In this document: positions 31,780-40,580 of the stretch, piece after piece
How positions within the stretch are numbered: position 1 is the first letter of the stretch
Layout: each line of letters starts with the position of its first letter
Source of the DNA: a virus
Lineage: Duplodnaviria; Heunggongvirae; Uroviricota; Caudoviricetes
Virus record (IMG/VR): IMGVR_UViG_3300044678_001935
Coordinates: 35,982-99,981 of that record
Strand: one strand, 5' to 3'
DNA length: 64,000 bases
The notes under the pieces: generated by a model
What the model was told of the DNA's origin: nothing
The model's input: the letters and a program-made list of their open reading frames with translations, nothing else
Database searches by the model: none
Position numbers and translations under genes: made by a program

Positions 31780-32053
31780 GCTAGCGAGGAGTCGCAACAC
31801 CACACCAGAAACATTAGAACGTCTGGCTAATGATGTGAATGCCACTGTTCGTTGTGAGGTTGCAGAAAATATCAACACACCACAAGAAAGTTTAAAAAAT
31901 CTGGCAAATGATAATAATCGGACTGTTGCGTATTATGCTAGAAATAATAAAAATTATAATAATCCAATGAAACTAGAGACCTTTGAGTTTTTTGAATGGG
32001 TGGAAAATGCAAGCATAGAAGATCTAGAGAACTTTGCAAATAAAGAATTGTGA
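31766..32053 (+). CDS. LRV/HEAT-like repeat protein
   Basis: Starts MSNYELA inside the conserved junction TTATTATGAGCAATTATGA. Repeats ETLERLANDVNATVRCEVAENINTP. Confidence 0.55.
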   Translation: MSNYELARSRNTTPETLERLANDVNATVRCEVAENINTPQESLKNLANDNNRTVAYYARNNKNYNNPMKLETFEFFEWVENASIEDLENFANKEL

Positions 32054-32403
32054 AAACTATTATTGCCGGATCAAGAAATTGTAATAACATAAAAGAATTA
32101 ATAAAAGCTATTGAAGATTGTAATTGGGTAATAACAACAGTAATAAGTGGAAAAGCTAAGGGTGCTGATACATTAGGTGAATTGTGGGCCAAATATATGA
32201 AGGTTCCTATTATTGAATTTCCAGCCGATTGGAAAACTTATGGTAGATCCGCCGGCCCCCGTAGAAATATTCAAATGGCAGATAATGCAGAAGCTCTTAT
32301 TGCATTATGGGATGGTGAGAGTCGTGGAACAAAACACATGATAAGTGTAGCCGAAGAAAAACAACTATTGGTACACGTCCATAAATTCTGTTGTGACGGT
32401 TGA
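32050..32403 (+). CDS. SLOG/DUF2493 (YspA-like) domain protein
   Basis: IIAGSRNC...ISGKAKGADTLGELWA..VPIIEFPADWKTYGRSAGPRRNIQMAD..ALIALWDGESRGTKHMI matches the DUF2493 consensus GsR..GGA.GaD..A..WA...PAdW..G..AGp.RN..M. GTG start overlapping the upstream TGA. Confidence 0.6.
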   Translation: MKTIIAGSRNCNNIKELIKAIEDCNWVITTVISGKAKGADTLGELWAKYMKVPIIEFPADWKTYGRSAGPRRNIQMADNAEALIALWDGESRGTKHMISVAEEKQLLVHVHKFCCDG

Positions 32404-32424
32404 AAAACTGTCACTTCTTTTCGT

Positions 32425-32895
32425 TTGTGGGTGGTAATCGCTGTTATTCTATTCGGAGAGTTCACGAGAAGAATGTTTTCTGAAGAAGATACTGCGCGAT
32501 GTTGGGATGCACAAAATCCTAAAACCACACCAGAAACCTTAGATCGTCTGGCTAACGATAAGAGTAATCTGGTTCGTCGTAGGGTTGCAGAAAATCCCAA
32601 TACACAATCAGAAACATTAGAACGTCTAGCTGATGACGACGATTATTGGGTTCGTTTTCGGGTTGCAATTAATCCCAACGCACCACCAGAAGCCTTAGAA
32701 CGGCTGGCGAATGATAAGGATTCTTCTGTTCGTTGGTATATTGCAAGAAATCCTATCACACCACCAGAAGTTTTAGAACTTATGGCTAATGATAGGGATT
32801 GGGATGTTCGTTGGCAGGTTGCAAGAAATCCTAACACACCGCAATACATTATAACGTATCTTAAAATCAAGGAGTTTCTGAATTATTATGAGTAA
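32425..32895 (+). CDS. LRV/HEAT-like repeat protein
   Basis: Four 26-aa repeats and the C-terminal NPNTPQYIITYLKIKEFLNYYE. The true start may be the internal ATG at 32473 (MFSEEDTARC). Confidence 0.5.
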   Translation: MWVVIAVILFGEFTRRMFSEEDTARCWDAQNPKTTPETLDRLANDKSNLVRRRVAENPNTQSETLERLADDDDYWVRFRVAINPNAPPEALERLANDKDSSVRWYIARNPITPPEVLELMANDRDWDVRWQVARNPNTPQYIITYLKIKEFLNYYE

Positions 32896-33205
32896 TTATG
32901 ATCTAGCAAGAAATTCCAACACATTACCAGAAGCTTTAGATCGTCTGGCTAATGATAACGATTATTGGGTTCGTCAATATGTTGCATATAATCCATCCAC
33001 GCCACCAGAAGCTTTAGAACGTCTGGCTAATGATAAGTATCCATGTATTCGTTGTGGGGTTGCATGGAATCCCAACACACTACCAGAAATATTAGTTAAT
33101 ATGTCTAATGATAAGTATATTTATATTCGTAGCTGTGTTGCAAATAATCCCAGCACACCACAATACATTAGAACATATCTTAAACTCAACCAAAACAATT
33201 TTTGA
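32888..33205 (+). CDS. LRV/HEAT-like repeat protein
   Basis: Starts MSNYDLA at the junction TTATTATGAGTAATTATGA, overlapping the upstream stop by 8 nt. Confidence 0.55.
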   Translation: MSNYDLARNSNTLPEALDRLANDNDYWVRQYVAYNPSTPPEALERLANDKYPCIRCGVAWNPNTLPEILVNMSNDKYIYIRSCVANNPSTPQYIRTYLKLNQNNF

Positions 33206-33206
33206 C

Positions 33207-34460
33207 ATGTCTTTGAGCGCCATTAAACTCCGCCCACAACAGACCGAAGCTCTTGGTATTATGGAAGAGCATAATAAAGTTCGGGTTATTGCTGCAACAT
33301 CAGCGGGTAAGAGTTACATCATCTTCTTTGATATTCATAAGAAAGCGAAGAATAAAGAGAACTCTTTGTTTGTTATCGTAAGCTCTCGTATTCTACTCCT
33401 TCAACAACTAGAGAAAGAATATTCTAAACTATTTGATAATACTCATATCGTTCATATGCACTCTGGAGAAGCCAAAAGCCGTAAGATTACAGATTATCTT
33501 GAGTTCAGTTATTGGGCAGAAGTCACCGAAGGACCTAAGATTGTTTTTGTAACTTATCATTCTCTTAAGAAGATCGTTAAGAGTGAGATGAATATTGATG
33601 CTCTATATTTGGACGAATGCCACAATGGAGCTAAGAGTCACTTCTTTGAGTATATTAAAGGAGTTGAACCTTATTGTAATAATCTTTACAGTTTCACCGC
33701 TGCTCCTCGTTATCATCCAGATCCTACAAAAAACGGTAACAACAACTCAGAAGTTTTTGGTAGTCAAGTTTATAATGTTAATACTCTTGATTTGATCAAG
33801 AATGGTTCTATTCTTCCACCAAAATCCCAAACCATGAGAATTCCTTCCGTGCGGGATAAGAAGCAGAACCCTCATGAGAGTGATTATTATACTCTTATGG
33901 ACTATCTTTATAATAACGATAATACCGAGAGAGTTCTTATTACTTGCCCCTCTTCAAGATCACTTATGGATTTGATTTGTCTTACTGATTTTTTGAAAGA
34001 TTTGAATGATAGTGGTTATGATGTATTTCATATCACATCAAAATATGGTGCCTTCCATAATAAGACAAAGATTAAACGGTCAGAATTCTTGAATCGGATG
34101 GAAGAGTATGGGGAGCAAAATAAAAAATTTGTCGTTCTCCATTATAGTATCTTGACCGAAGGTTGGAGTAATAATTCCATTCAGGCATCTATTCTCATGC
34201 GACAACAACAATTGGGTGCTACAATTCAAAATATTGGTAGGACACTACGGATTGGCCATTCAGATATTGATCGTATTCAAAAAGGGGAGTTGACTGCTGG
34301 TGATTATGATAATTATGAAAAGCCCTGTGGTAACATAATCATTCCAGTATATGAGAACGTGGGTTCTAACATTGAAGAACAGGTAGATTTTGTTATTGAC
34401 GAGGTTTTTACCAAAGGTAATTATGTTCACGATCTTATTAATGAGAAAAAGAAGTCATGA
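33207..34460 (+). CDS. superfamily 2 DEAD/DEAH-type helicase
   Basis: Motif I AATSAGKS, motif II LDECH, and a C-terminal helicase domain with QN.GRTLR. The in-frame ATG at 33207 is preferred over the track start at 33108, which overlaps the upstream gene. Confidence 0.65.
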   Translation: MSLSAIKLRPQQTEALGIMEEHNKVRVIAATSAGKSYIIFFDIHKKAKNKENSLFVIVSSRILLLQQLEKEYSKLFDNTHIVHMHSGEAKSRKITDYLEFSYWAEVTEGPKIVFVTYHSLKKIVKSEMNIDALYLDECHNGAKSHFFEYIKGVEPYCNNLYSFTAAPRYHPDPTKNGNNNSEVFGSQVYNVNTLDLIKNGSILPPKSQTMRIPSVRDKKQNPHESDYYTLMDYLYNNDNTERVLITCPSSRSLMDLICLTDFLKDLNDSGYDVFHITSKYGAFHNKTKIKRSEFLNRMEEYGEQNKKFVVLHYSILTEGWSNNSIQASILMRQQQLGATIQNIGRTLRIGHSDIDRIQKGELTAGDYDNYEKPCGNIIIPVYENVGSNIEEQVDFVIDEVFTKGNYVHDLINEKKKS

Positions 34461-34801
34461 ATAATGAAGGATTGAAAATATTACAGGCGTCTAATACCAA
34501 CACACCAACAGAAATCTTAGAACGTCTGGCTAATGATGGGGATTATTATGTTCGTTCTCGGGTTGCATCTAATCACAACACATCACCAGAAACCTTAGAA
34601 CGTCTGGCTAATGATGATTTTGTGGATGTTCTTTATTGGGTTGCAGAAAATCCCAACACTCCGTCAGAAATCTTAGAACGTTTGGCTAATGATGGTTCTT
34701 GGTTTGTTCGTTGTGGGGTTGCAAATAATCCCAATACACCTCAATACATTATAACATATCTTAAAATCAAGAAGTTTCTGAATTATTATGAGCAATTATA
34801 A
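34457..34801 (+). CDS. LRV/HEAT-like repeat protein
   Basis: ATGA overlap with the helicase stop. Repeats TEILERLANDGDYYVRSRVASNHNT.., C-terminus NPNTPQYIITYLKIKKFLNYYEQL. Confidence 0.55.
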   Translation: MNNEGLKILQASNTNTPTEILERLANDGDYYVRSRVASNHNTSPETLERLANDDFVDVLYWVAENPNTPSEILERLANDGSWFVRCGVANNPNTPQYIITYLKIKKFLNYYEQL

Positions 34802-35336
34802 TCCCAACATATCACCAGAAACATTAGCTAGTCTGGCTAATAATGATTATGGGGTTGTTCGTTTTGGGGTTGCAACAAATCCTAACACACCACCAGAAGC
34901 ATTAGAACTTCTGGCGAATGATGATCATATTGATGTTCGTCGTGGGGTTGCAGTGAATCCCAACACACCACCAGAAACATTAGAACTTCTGGCTAATGAT
35001 GAGAATGTTGGTGTTCGTGTGAGGGTTGCAGGAAATCTCAACACACTACCAGAAGCATTAGAACGTCTTGCTAATGATGGCGATTATTATGTTCGTTATT
35101 GGGTTGCATCAATTACCAACACACCACCAAAAATATTAGTTATTATGGCTAACGATAAGCATTCTCATGTTCGTAGCTGTGTTGCATCTAATACCAATAC
35201 ACCACCAGAAGCCTTAGAACGTCTGGCTAATGATAATAATTGGCTTGTTCGTTGGCAGGTTGCATATAATCCCAACACTCCCCAATACATTCTAACTTAT
35301 CTTAAAATCAAGGAGTTTCTGAATTATTATGAGTAA
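34788..35336 (+). CDS. LRV/HEAT-like repeat protein
   Basis: 182 aa with six repeats, starting MSNYNPN at the conserved junction. Confidence 0.55.
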   Translation: MSNYNPNISPETLASLANNDYGVVRFGVATNPNTPPEALELLANDDHIDVRRGVAVNPNTPPETLELLANDENVGVRVRVAGNLNTLPEALERLANDGDYYVRYWVASITNTPPKILVIMANDKHSHVRSCVASNTNTPPEALERLANDNNWLVRWQVAYNPNTPQYILTYLKIKEFLNYYE

Positions 35337-35338
35337 TT

Positions 35339-35581
35339 ATGAGTAATTATGATCCCCACACATCAACAGAAACATTAGATCGTCTGGCTAATGATGAAGA
35401 TTTGGAAGTTCGTTGTCAGGTTGCACAAAATCCCAATACACCACCAGAAGCATTATCACGTCTGGCTGATGATAAGAGTTATTATGTTCGTTCTGGGGTT
35501 ACATTTAATCCCAACACACCTCAATACATTCTAACTTATCTTAAAATCAAGAAGTTTCTGAATTATTATAAATTATTATGA
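35339..35581 (+). CDS. LRV/HEAT-like repeat protein
   Basis: Preceded by a duplicated junction ATGAGTAATT x2 (35329-35348) that creates a 5-codon mini-ORF MSNYE. Confidence 0.5.
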   Translation: MSNYDPHTSTETLDRLANDEDLEVRCQVAQNPNTPPEALSRLADDKSYYVRSGVTFNPNTPQYILTYLKIKKFLNYYKLL

Positions 35582-35910
35582 CTAATTACGATATAGCAAA
35601 AAATCTCAATACATCAATAGAAACCTTAGAACGTCTGGCTAATGATGACGATTGTTGTGTTCGTTGTGGGGTTGCAGAAAATCCCAACACACCACCAGAA
35701 GCATTAGCACGTCTGGCGAATGATAATAGTTATTATGTTCGTGGCTGGGTTGCAAGAAATCCCAATACACCACCAGAAGCCTTAGAACGTCTGGCTAATG
35801 ATAATAATTGGCTTGTTCGTTGGCAGGTTGCATTTAATCCCAACACCCCCCAATACATTCTAACTTATCTCAAAGTTAGACAGTTTCTGAGGTGTCACAC
35901 TAGAACCTAA
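35578..35910 (+). CDS. LRV/HEAT-like repeat protein
   Basis: Starts MTNYDIAKN and carries four repeats. Confidence 0.55.
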   Translation: MTNYDIAKNLNTSIETLERLANDDDCCVRCGVAENPNTPPEALARLANDNSYYVRGWVARNPNTPPEALERLANDNNWLVRWQVAFNPNTPQYILTYLKVRQFLRCHTRT

Positions 35911-35956
35911 AAACTCACAGGGGGTGCTATTATGGATTCATAATTCAGCTCAAACC

Positions 35957-36700
35957 ATGACCAATTACGTTTTTATCGGAGACGTTCACTCTCAATTCTC
36001 CAAATTTTCCGCAGCGGTGGATTGGATTCAAAATAATGTGAAAGATTATCACATTATTCAAGGTGGTGATCTCTTTGATTCTAGGTCAGAGGAATCTAAT
36101 TCTATGTTAGTTTATAATCTTGTTAAACTATTGGAGGATCGTATTACGGTTCTACATTCAAATCATCATATTAAACTCTATAAGATTCTAACACAAGAAA
36201 ATAATAACATGCAAAATCTGGAGAGTCTTCATAGGACTGTTATAGATTTTGATTTTGATAATAACAAAAGTCTGAAAGACGAGATCGTGAATTGGTTAGA
36301 AACCCTTCCTTACGGCGTCTCTTTTAAAGATCAGACGGGATTGGAATATAGGGCCTGCCATGCTTATTGGTTCAAAAAGCTTTATGTGCCGAATGAGTAT
36401 GAAGGACTTTATCCCATTCATGAAGTTTCAGCAAAAGCCAAGGGGCAGATGTTGTATGGAATTAGCCGAAAAGGAGAAGACGGTGGAAATGAAAGGATTT
36501 TGTGGTGGAGTAATATCAATAATTCTTATTGTGGAGAGAAAGAAGAATTTGTAAGAGTTTCTTTTCATTATCATACAGTATCTTTGGATATTGAAGGAAC
36601 TTCGGGACGAAAGCATCTGATTTTGGATGGATCTTGTGGTGACAAAGGTGGAGAATTGGTTGTCTATGATGTAAGCAATCATAGATGTGTCAGATTTTAA
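35957..36700 (+). CDS. calcineurin-like metallophosphoesterase
   Basis: Motifs FIGDVHSQ (GDxHG), GGDLFDSR (GDxxDRG) and LHSNHH (GNHE-like). The in-frame ATG at 35957 is preferred over the track start at 35924. Confidence 0.65.
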   Translation: MTNYVFIGDVHSQFSKFSAAVDWIQNNVKDYHIIQGGDLFDSRSEESNSMLVYNLVKLLEDRITVLHSNHHIKLYKILTQENNNMQNLESLHRTVIDFDFDNNKSLKDEIVNWLETLPYGVSFKDQTGLEYRACHAYWFKKLYVPNEYEGLYPIHEVSAKAKGQMLYGISRKGEDGGNERILWWSNINNSYCGEKEEFVRVSFHYHTVSLDIEGTSGRKHLILDGSCGDKGGELVVYDVSNHRCVRF

Positions 36701-37522
36701 AGTGGCACACCAGCAACACAAACTCTTCACTCATCGTGTTATTCTTATTGAAACTTTGGAGGACCAATGGAACTGAATGCTTTTCTGAATCAATTGATTA
36801 TTGATCTTGAAGATGTCTGTGATGACATTGAATTTGACTTCGGCAATAATACTGTCCCGGAAGAAAAAGTTCGCCAGATCAAAAAGGCCGTTGAGGATTT
36901 TCATAATGAAATTTAAAGTTGCTTATCAACGACCCAAAAAGAAAAAGGGTTTCTATGTCAAAGAAGAAGTTGTTTTTTATGACATTGAATCTGCTGTCTT
37001 CTATGAGTCGGAGATGACCAAACGAGGATCCAAGAACTTTAAAATTACCCCAATTTAGGAGAATCTCATGACTGCTTTGGTTGAAACACTGTTACCTAGG
37101 ATCACCAGCATTGAAGCATTTTTTTCTGATGGTGAATGGTGGGCTAGCATTCGCTATAGTGATGGAGGTGAAGATGAGTTTGGACCTTTTGACACTAAAG
37201 AGAAAGCTGAAGGAGTTATCTTTTGATGATTTTGAATCCGCTCTTTATGTTTTTTCTGACGAATTCGGGTTTTTATCTTCCGATCAGATGTTGATCTTGG
37301 ATGTTGTATGCCTTAGTCCTCTACACGTAGAGGATTTTCTAGATATTTTTCTTTATACGAGGATATTAAATTCATGACTAAAATAACTACAGAACAAAAA
37401 CAACAGAAGACCGAAGTAAATGAACTATCGGAAAAATTTCTAGAGTATATGGAGGATGTCATTCGTGATGACGAGGAATACGAATATCCTGAATACGATG
37501 ATGCACCCTCATCTTTTTAATC

Positions 37523-37795
37523 ATGAACAGTATTGATAAAATTGTTTCTGTTGAAACAGAATATCGTCCAGGAGAAATTCCAACTCTTCGGGTTAATGTA
37601 ACTGCTATTGTTGAAGATTTTGTTGTTGTCCATCAACAAACGCTAAACGATCCAGAGGAGTTAGGTCCTGCTGAATGTTTTATGGAATTTACTGTTGATG
37701 ATTATGAAGAAGATCTCGTTATGAATGAGCCAAATATTCTTGAGCTTATTGATCATTTTGGAACCGAATGGAAGCTAACCTCTTATGACGATTGA
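37523..37795 (+). CDS. small acidic hypothetical protein
   Basis: 90-aa ORF with ATGA-type coupling to an upstream 48-codon ORF. Confidence 0.35.
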   Translation: MNSIDKIVSVETEYRPGEIPTLRVNVTAIVEDFVVVHQQTLNDPEELGPAECFMEFTVDDYEEDLVMNEPNILELIDHFGTEWKLTSYDD

Positions 37796-37837
37796 ACAAC
37801 TGGCACAATACCCTTTGCAAACTCAGGAGAATGTGGT

Positions 37838-38281
37838 ATGGTAAGAAAGTCAAGTCGTAGGAGGTCTACCGATATAACATCCCTTGCTGACTCTCTCATT
37901 GATACCGAAGTTTTTTCTTGTTACAATGAGGAACTTGATTTAGAAACACTTAAACTTTTGGAGATTTACGAAATGCAATCTACTATGAATTCTGTTGATA
38001 CTATGCCGGCCATGGGGCAACTTGATGTCGGCCCGAATAATACCTTTAGTGCTACCTTTACCGAAGAAGGAAGTAGTGCTATTCAATCTGTTTCCTATAT
38101 GGGCGAAATGCTGGATGTTATCTATCGCAGCAATCCTTCCGTGATTTATCAATACACTGCAACCGAAGATACTCTTTCTGCTATTATGAAAGAAGTTCAG
38201 GCTACTCTTGTTGATGGTGAAGGATCTGTCGGCTCTATCATCTCTCGTCTAAAAAATTCCAACGCTATCCAACTTGTTTGA
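37838..38281 (+). CDS. hypothetical protein
   Basis: 147-aa ORF preceded by AACTGGCACA..CAGGAGAATGTGGTATG (a strong SD AGGAG 8 nt upstream). Confidence 0.4.
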   Translation: MVRKSSRRRSTDITSLADSLIDTEVFSCYNEELDLETLKLLEIYEMQSTMNSVDTMPAMGQLDVGPNNTFSATFTEEGSSAIQSVSYMGEMLDVIYRSNPSVIYQYTATEDTLSAIMKEVQATLVDGEGSVGSIISRLKNSNAIQLV

Positions 38282-38425
38282 TATGTACCATAAGAAAATT
38301 GAAACACAAAAAGACGCCATTGAATATCTACAAAAAGGTAAGGTGTCTAAAATTCTAGAACGACTTGACAATCTACCTCTTATGATTGAAACTCCCGAAC
38401 AAGAGGAACGAAATCCTGTTGAGGT

Positions 38426-38989
38426 TTGATTATGTCTCAACCAAGTTTTAAGGTTGGTGATATTGTTGTTTCTAAGAAAGGAACCCGCCCAGGAAAAATA
38501 ATTGAAACTGATGCCTACAACTATAGCACCGACAGCTATGGATATGTAAAAGTTCAATATCTTCACAATAAAAGAACCCAACTCTTAGCAAAAGAAAACC
38601 TTGTACTTTATAATGATTCAAAAACAATGACACCAGAACAAAACACCCTTTATCAATTTAAACCTTCCGACTCTTCGGAATCCCTTTATGGGCATCACAT
38701 TGGCACTAATCAACAAAGTCAATGGGTAATGGAAGAAAAAGGTACTGGGAAAATTCACGTTATTCCAAAAGAAGCTGCTGAAGAAGTTCTTCCTTTCACC
38801 TTCAGCGTAAAAATGGGGGGCACACGTCATTTTATCGCTGATCCTGACACGGTTCAAAAAGATGATATTCTTCTTTACACTGGAGGAGAATACCCAGAAC
38901 TGGCTGTAGTGATTGCGACCAACACAAAAAACAAATCCGCTCAGAGTAAATTCATCGGTGTAAAATTAGTAACTACGGAAAAATTATGA
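38426..38989 (+). CDS. hypothetical protein
   Basis: 187-aa ORF. Confidence 0.45.
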   Translation: MIMSQPSFKVGDIVVSKKGTRPGKIIETDAYNYSTDSYGYVKVQYLHNKRTQLLAKENLVLYNDSKTMTPEQNTLYQFKPSDSSESLYGHHIGTNQQSQWVMEEKGTGKIHVIPKEAAEEVLPFTFSVKMGGTRHFIADPDTVQKDDILLYTGGEYPELAVVIATNTKNKSAQSKFIGVKLVTTEKL

Positions 38990-39222
38990 TTGATTTAGAA
39001 TCTGCCGATGAGGCATTCAAACTAACAGACGAGCAACTAACAGCTCTTATTATTGAGGATGTATTCCAAGGTGATAATACAGCTAAAGAAAGTTGTCTAA
39101 AAGAACTAGCTGAGTTGAGAGGTTTAGATTACTCAAATCTAACACCCGAAGAACAGCAAAATCTTATTATTGATAACGAAGACGATCTCTATTCCCTATC
39201 GGATCAATACAACGCTGCTTGA
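38986..39222 (+). CDS. small acidic hypothetical protein
   Basis: 78-aa ORF with ATGA overlap to the upstream gene. Confidence 0.4.
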   Translation: MIDLESADEAFKLTDEQLTALIIEDVFQGDNTAKESCLKELAELRGLDYSNLTPEEQQNLIIDNEDDLYSLSDQYNAA

Positions 39223-39279
39223 ACATTAATCCACGGGCGTCTTTATGGCGCCCATTTTTAGCAATTTTGGGGTACACTC

Positions 39280-39468
39280 ATGAAAACAATTTATTCACAT
39301 CAAAAATGGGTTCTTTTTACACCCAGAAAAGCTACAGAGATCTCTAACCATTTGAATGAAATTCGTGAAAATGGATTGATGTACGCTCCAAATAAAATAG
39401 GTAAAAACAAGTATGCCACGGTTGAAGTCTTTGACGAGGATGGGTATTCTTTGGGATTCTTAAATTAA
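39280..39468 (+). CDS. small hypothetical protein
   Basis: 62-aa ORF. Confidence 0.35.
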   Translation: MKTIYSHQKWVLFTPRKATEISNHLNEIRENGLMYAPNKIGKNKYATVEVFDEDGYSLGFLN

Positions 39469-39470
39469 GT

Positions 39471-40007
39471 TTGGCTATGTATGAAGATTATTCTAAAAAA
39501 CAATTAGCTCTTCTGGCTAATGATAAACATTATTATGTTCGTTGTGGTGTTGCAAATAATCCCAACACACAACCAGAAACATTAGATCGTTTAGCGAACG
39601 ATGAGCATCTGCATGTTCGTAGATATGTTGCACGAAATCCAAACACACCACCAGAAGCCTTAGATCGTCTGGCTAATGATGAGGATTCTTGGGTTCGTCT
39701 TGGGGTTGCAAGACATCCCAACACACCACCAGAAGTTTTAGAATGTTTGGCTAATGATAAGGATTATTCTGTTCGTTGTTGGGTTGCGAGAAATCCCAAC
39801 ACAACACCAGAAACCTTAGATCGTCTGGCTAATGATGAGCATTATTATGTTCGTACGCCGGTTGCATTTAATCCCAACACACCACCAAAAAGCTTAGAAC
39901 GTCTGGCTAATGATGAGGATTGGTATGTTCGTTTTGGAGTTACAATAAATCCCAGCACACCTCAATACATTAAAACCTATCTTAAAATTTTAAAATTATT
40001 CAAATGA
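39471..40007 (+). CDS. LRV/HEAT-like repeat protein
   Basis: 178 aa with six 26-aa repeats. C-terminus NPSTPQYIKTYLKILKLFK. Confidence 0.55.
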   Translation: MAMYEDYSKKQLALLANDKHYYVRCGVANNPNTQPETLDRLANDEHLHVRRYVARNPNTPPEALDRLANDEDSWVRLGVARHPNTPPEVLECLANDKDYSVRCWVARNPNTTPETLDRLANDEHYYVRTPVAFNPNTPPKSLERLANDEDWYVRFGVTINPSTPQYIKTYLKILKLFK

Positions 40008-40211
40008 AACATTATAGCGTAGTTAGTGGGCCGGACTCTTTTGATACCGATTCCGTTGAAGAAGCCATTTCCGTTATGCAATCTATGGCAGAACATTTTG
40101 GTGGTGCTAAAGTTGTTGATAACACAACCAAAGAAATTATCTACGAAATCTAATAGACACATCCCGAACTGTCCATTCAGACTCGTAGAGCCATTGGCTA
40201 GAGGATAAAAT

Positions 40212-40580
40212 ATGAGGAGTAAGGGTAACCCCATGAAAACTCTCAATGAAAAAGAACAAAAAGTTTTGCTTTTGGCTCTTAATCACCATCAAAAATACCA
40301 TAATGACATTATCTCTCAATATTTTTTTGAGGATGATAAAAACTCGGTTGTATCGGAATCTTTTGAAAGTCTTGGGACAATTAACGATTTACACAATACT
40401 TTTTCGGGTGATTCAAATCTTCATCTTTTGAGATCAGGAGATTTAGAAAACATTGAAGCCGCTTTTACTCGTTCTGACGAGATTTATAATAATGGTGATA
40501 ATGTAATCATGAAGGCCAGTCTTTATTTGGCTCTTATTGATACTATTAAGGCAATTCTGAGAAAAGATGATTGTACTTGA
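40212..40580 (+). CDS. hypothetical protein
   Basis: 122-aa ORF. Confidence 0.35.
   Translation: MRSKGNPMKTLNEKEQKVLLLALNHHQKYHNDIISQYFFEDDKNSVVSESFESLGTINDLHNTFSGDSNLHLLRSGDLENIEAAFTRSDEIYNNGDNVIMKASLYLALIDTIKAILRKDDCT

Noticed and set aside
33108-33206. N-terminal 33-codon extension of the helicase ORF
   Set aside because: It overlaps the upstream LRV-like gene in another frame. The in-frame ATG at 33207 immediately precedes the conserved helicase N-terminus.
37081-37377. Track ORF of 98 aa
   Set aside because: Overlapping small ORFs in other frames (37068-37226 with an AGGAG RBS, and 37375-37521 coupled by ATGA to 37523) fit the compact early-gene architecture better. The 98-aa frame lacks a credible RBS.
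37814-37842. sigma54 promoter reading of TGGCAC...TTTGCA
   Set aside because: The spacing between the GG and GC elements is 13 nt rather than the required 10, and no TTGC follows at the other TGGCAC sites.
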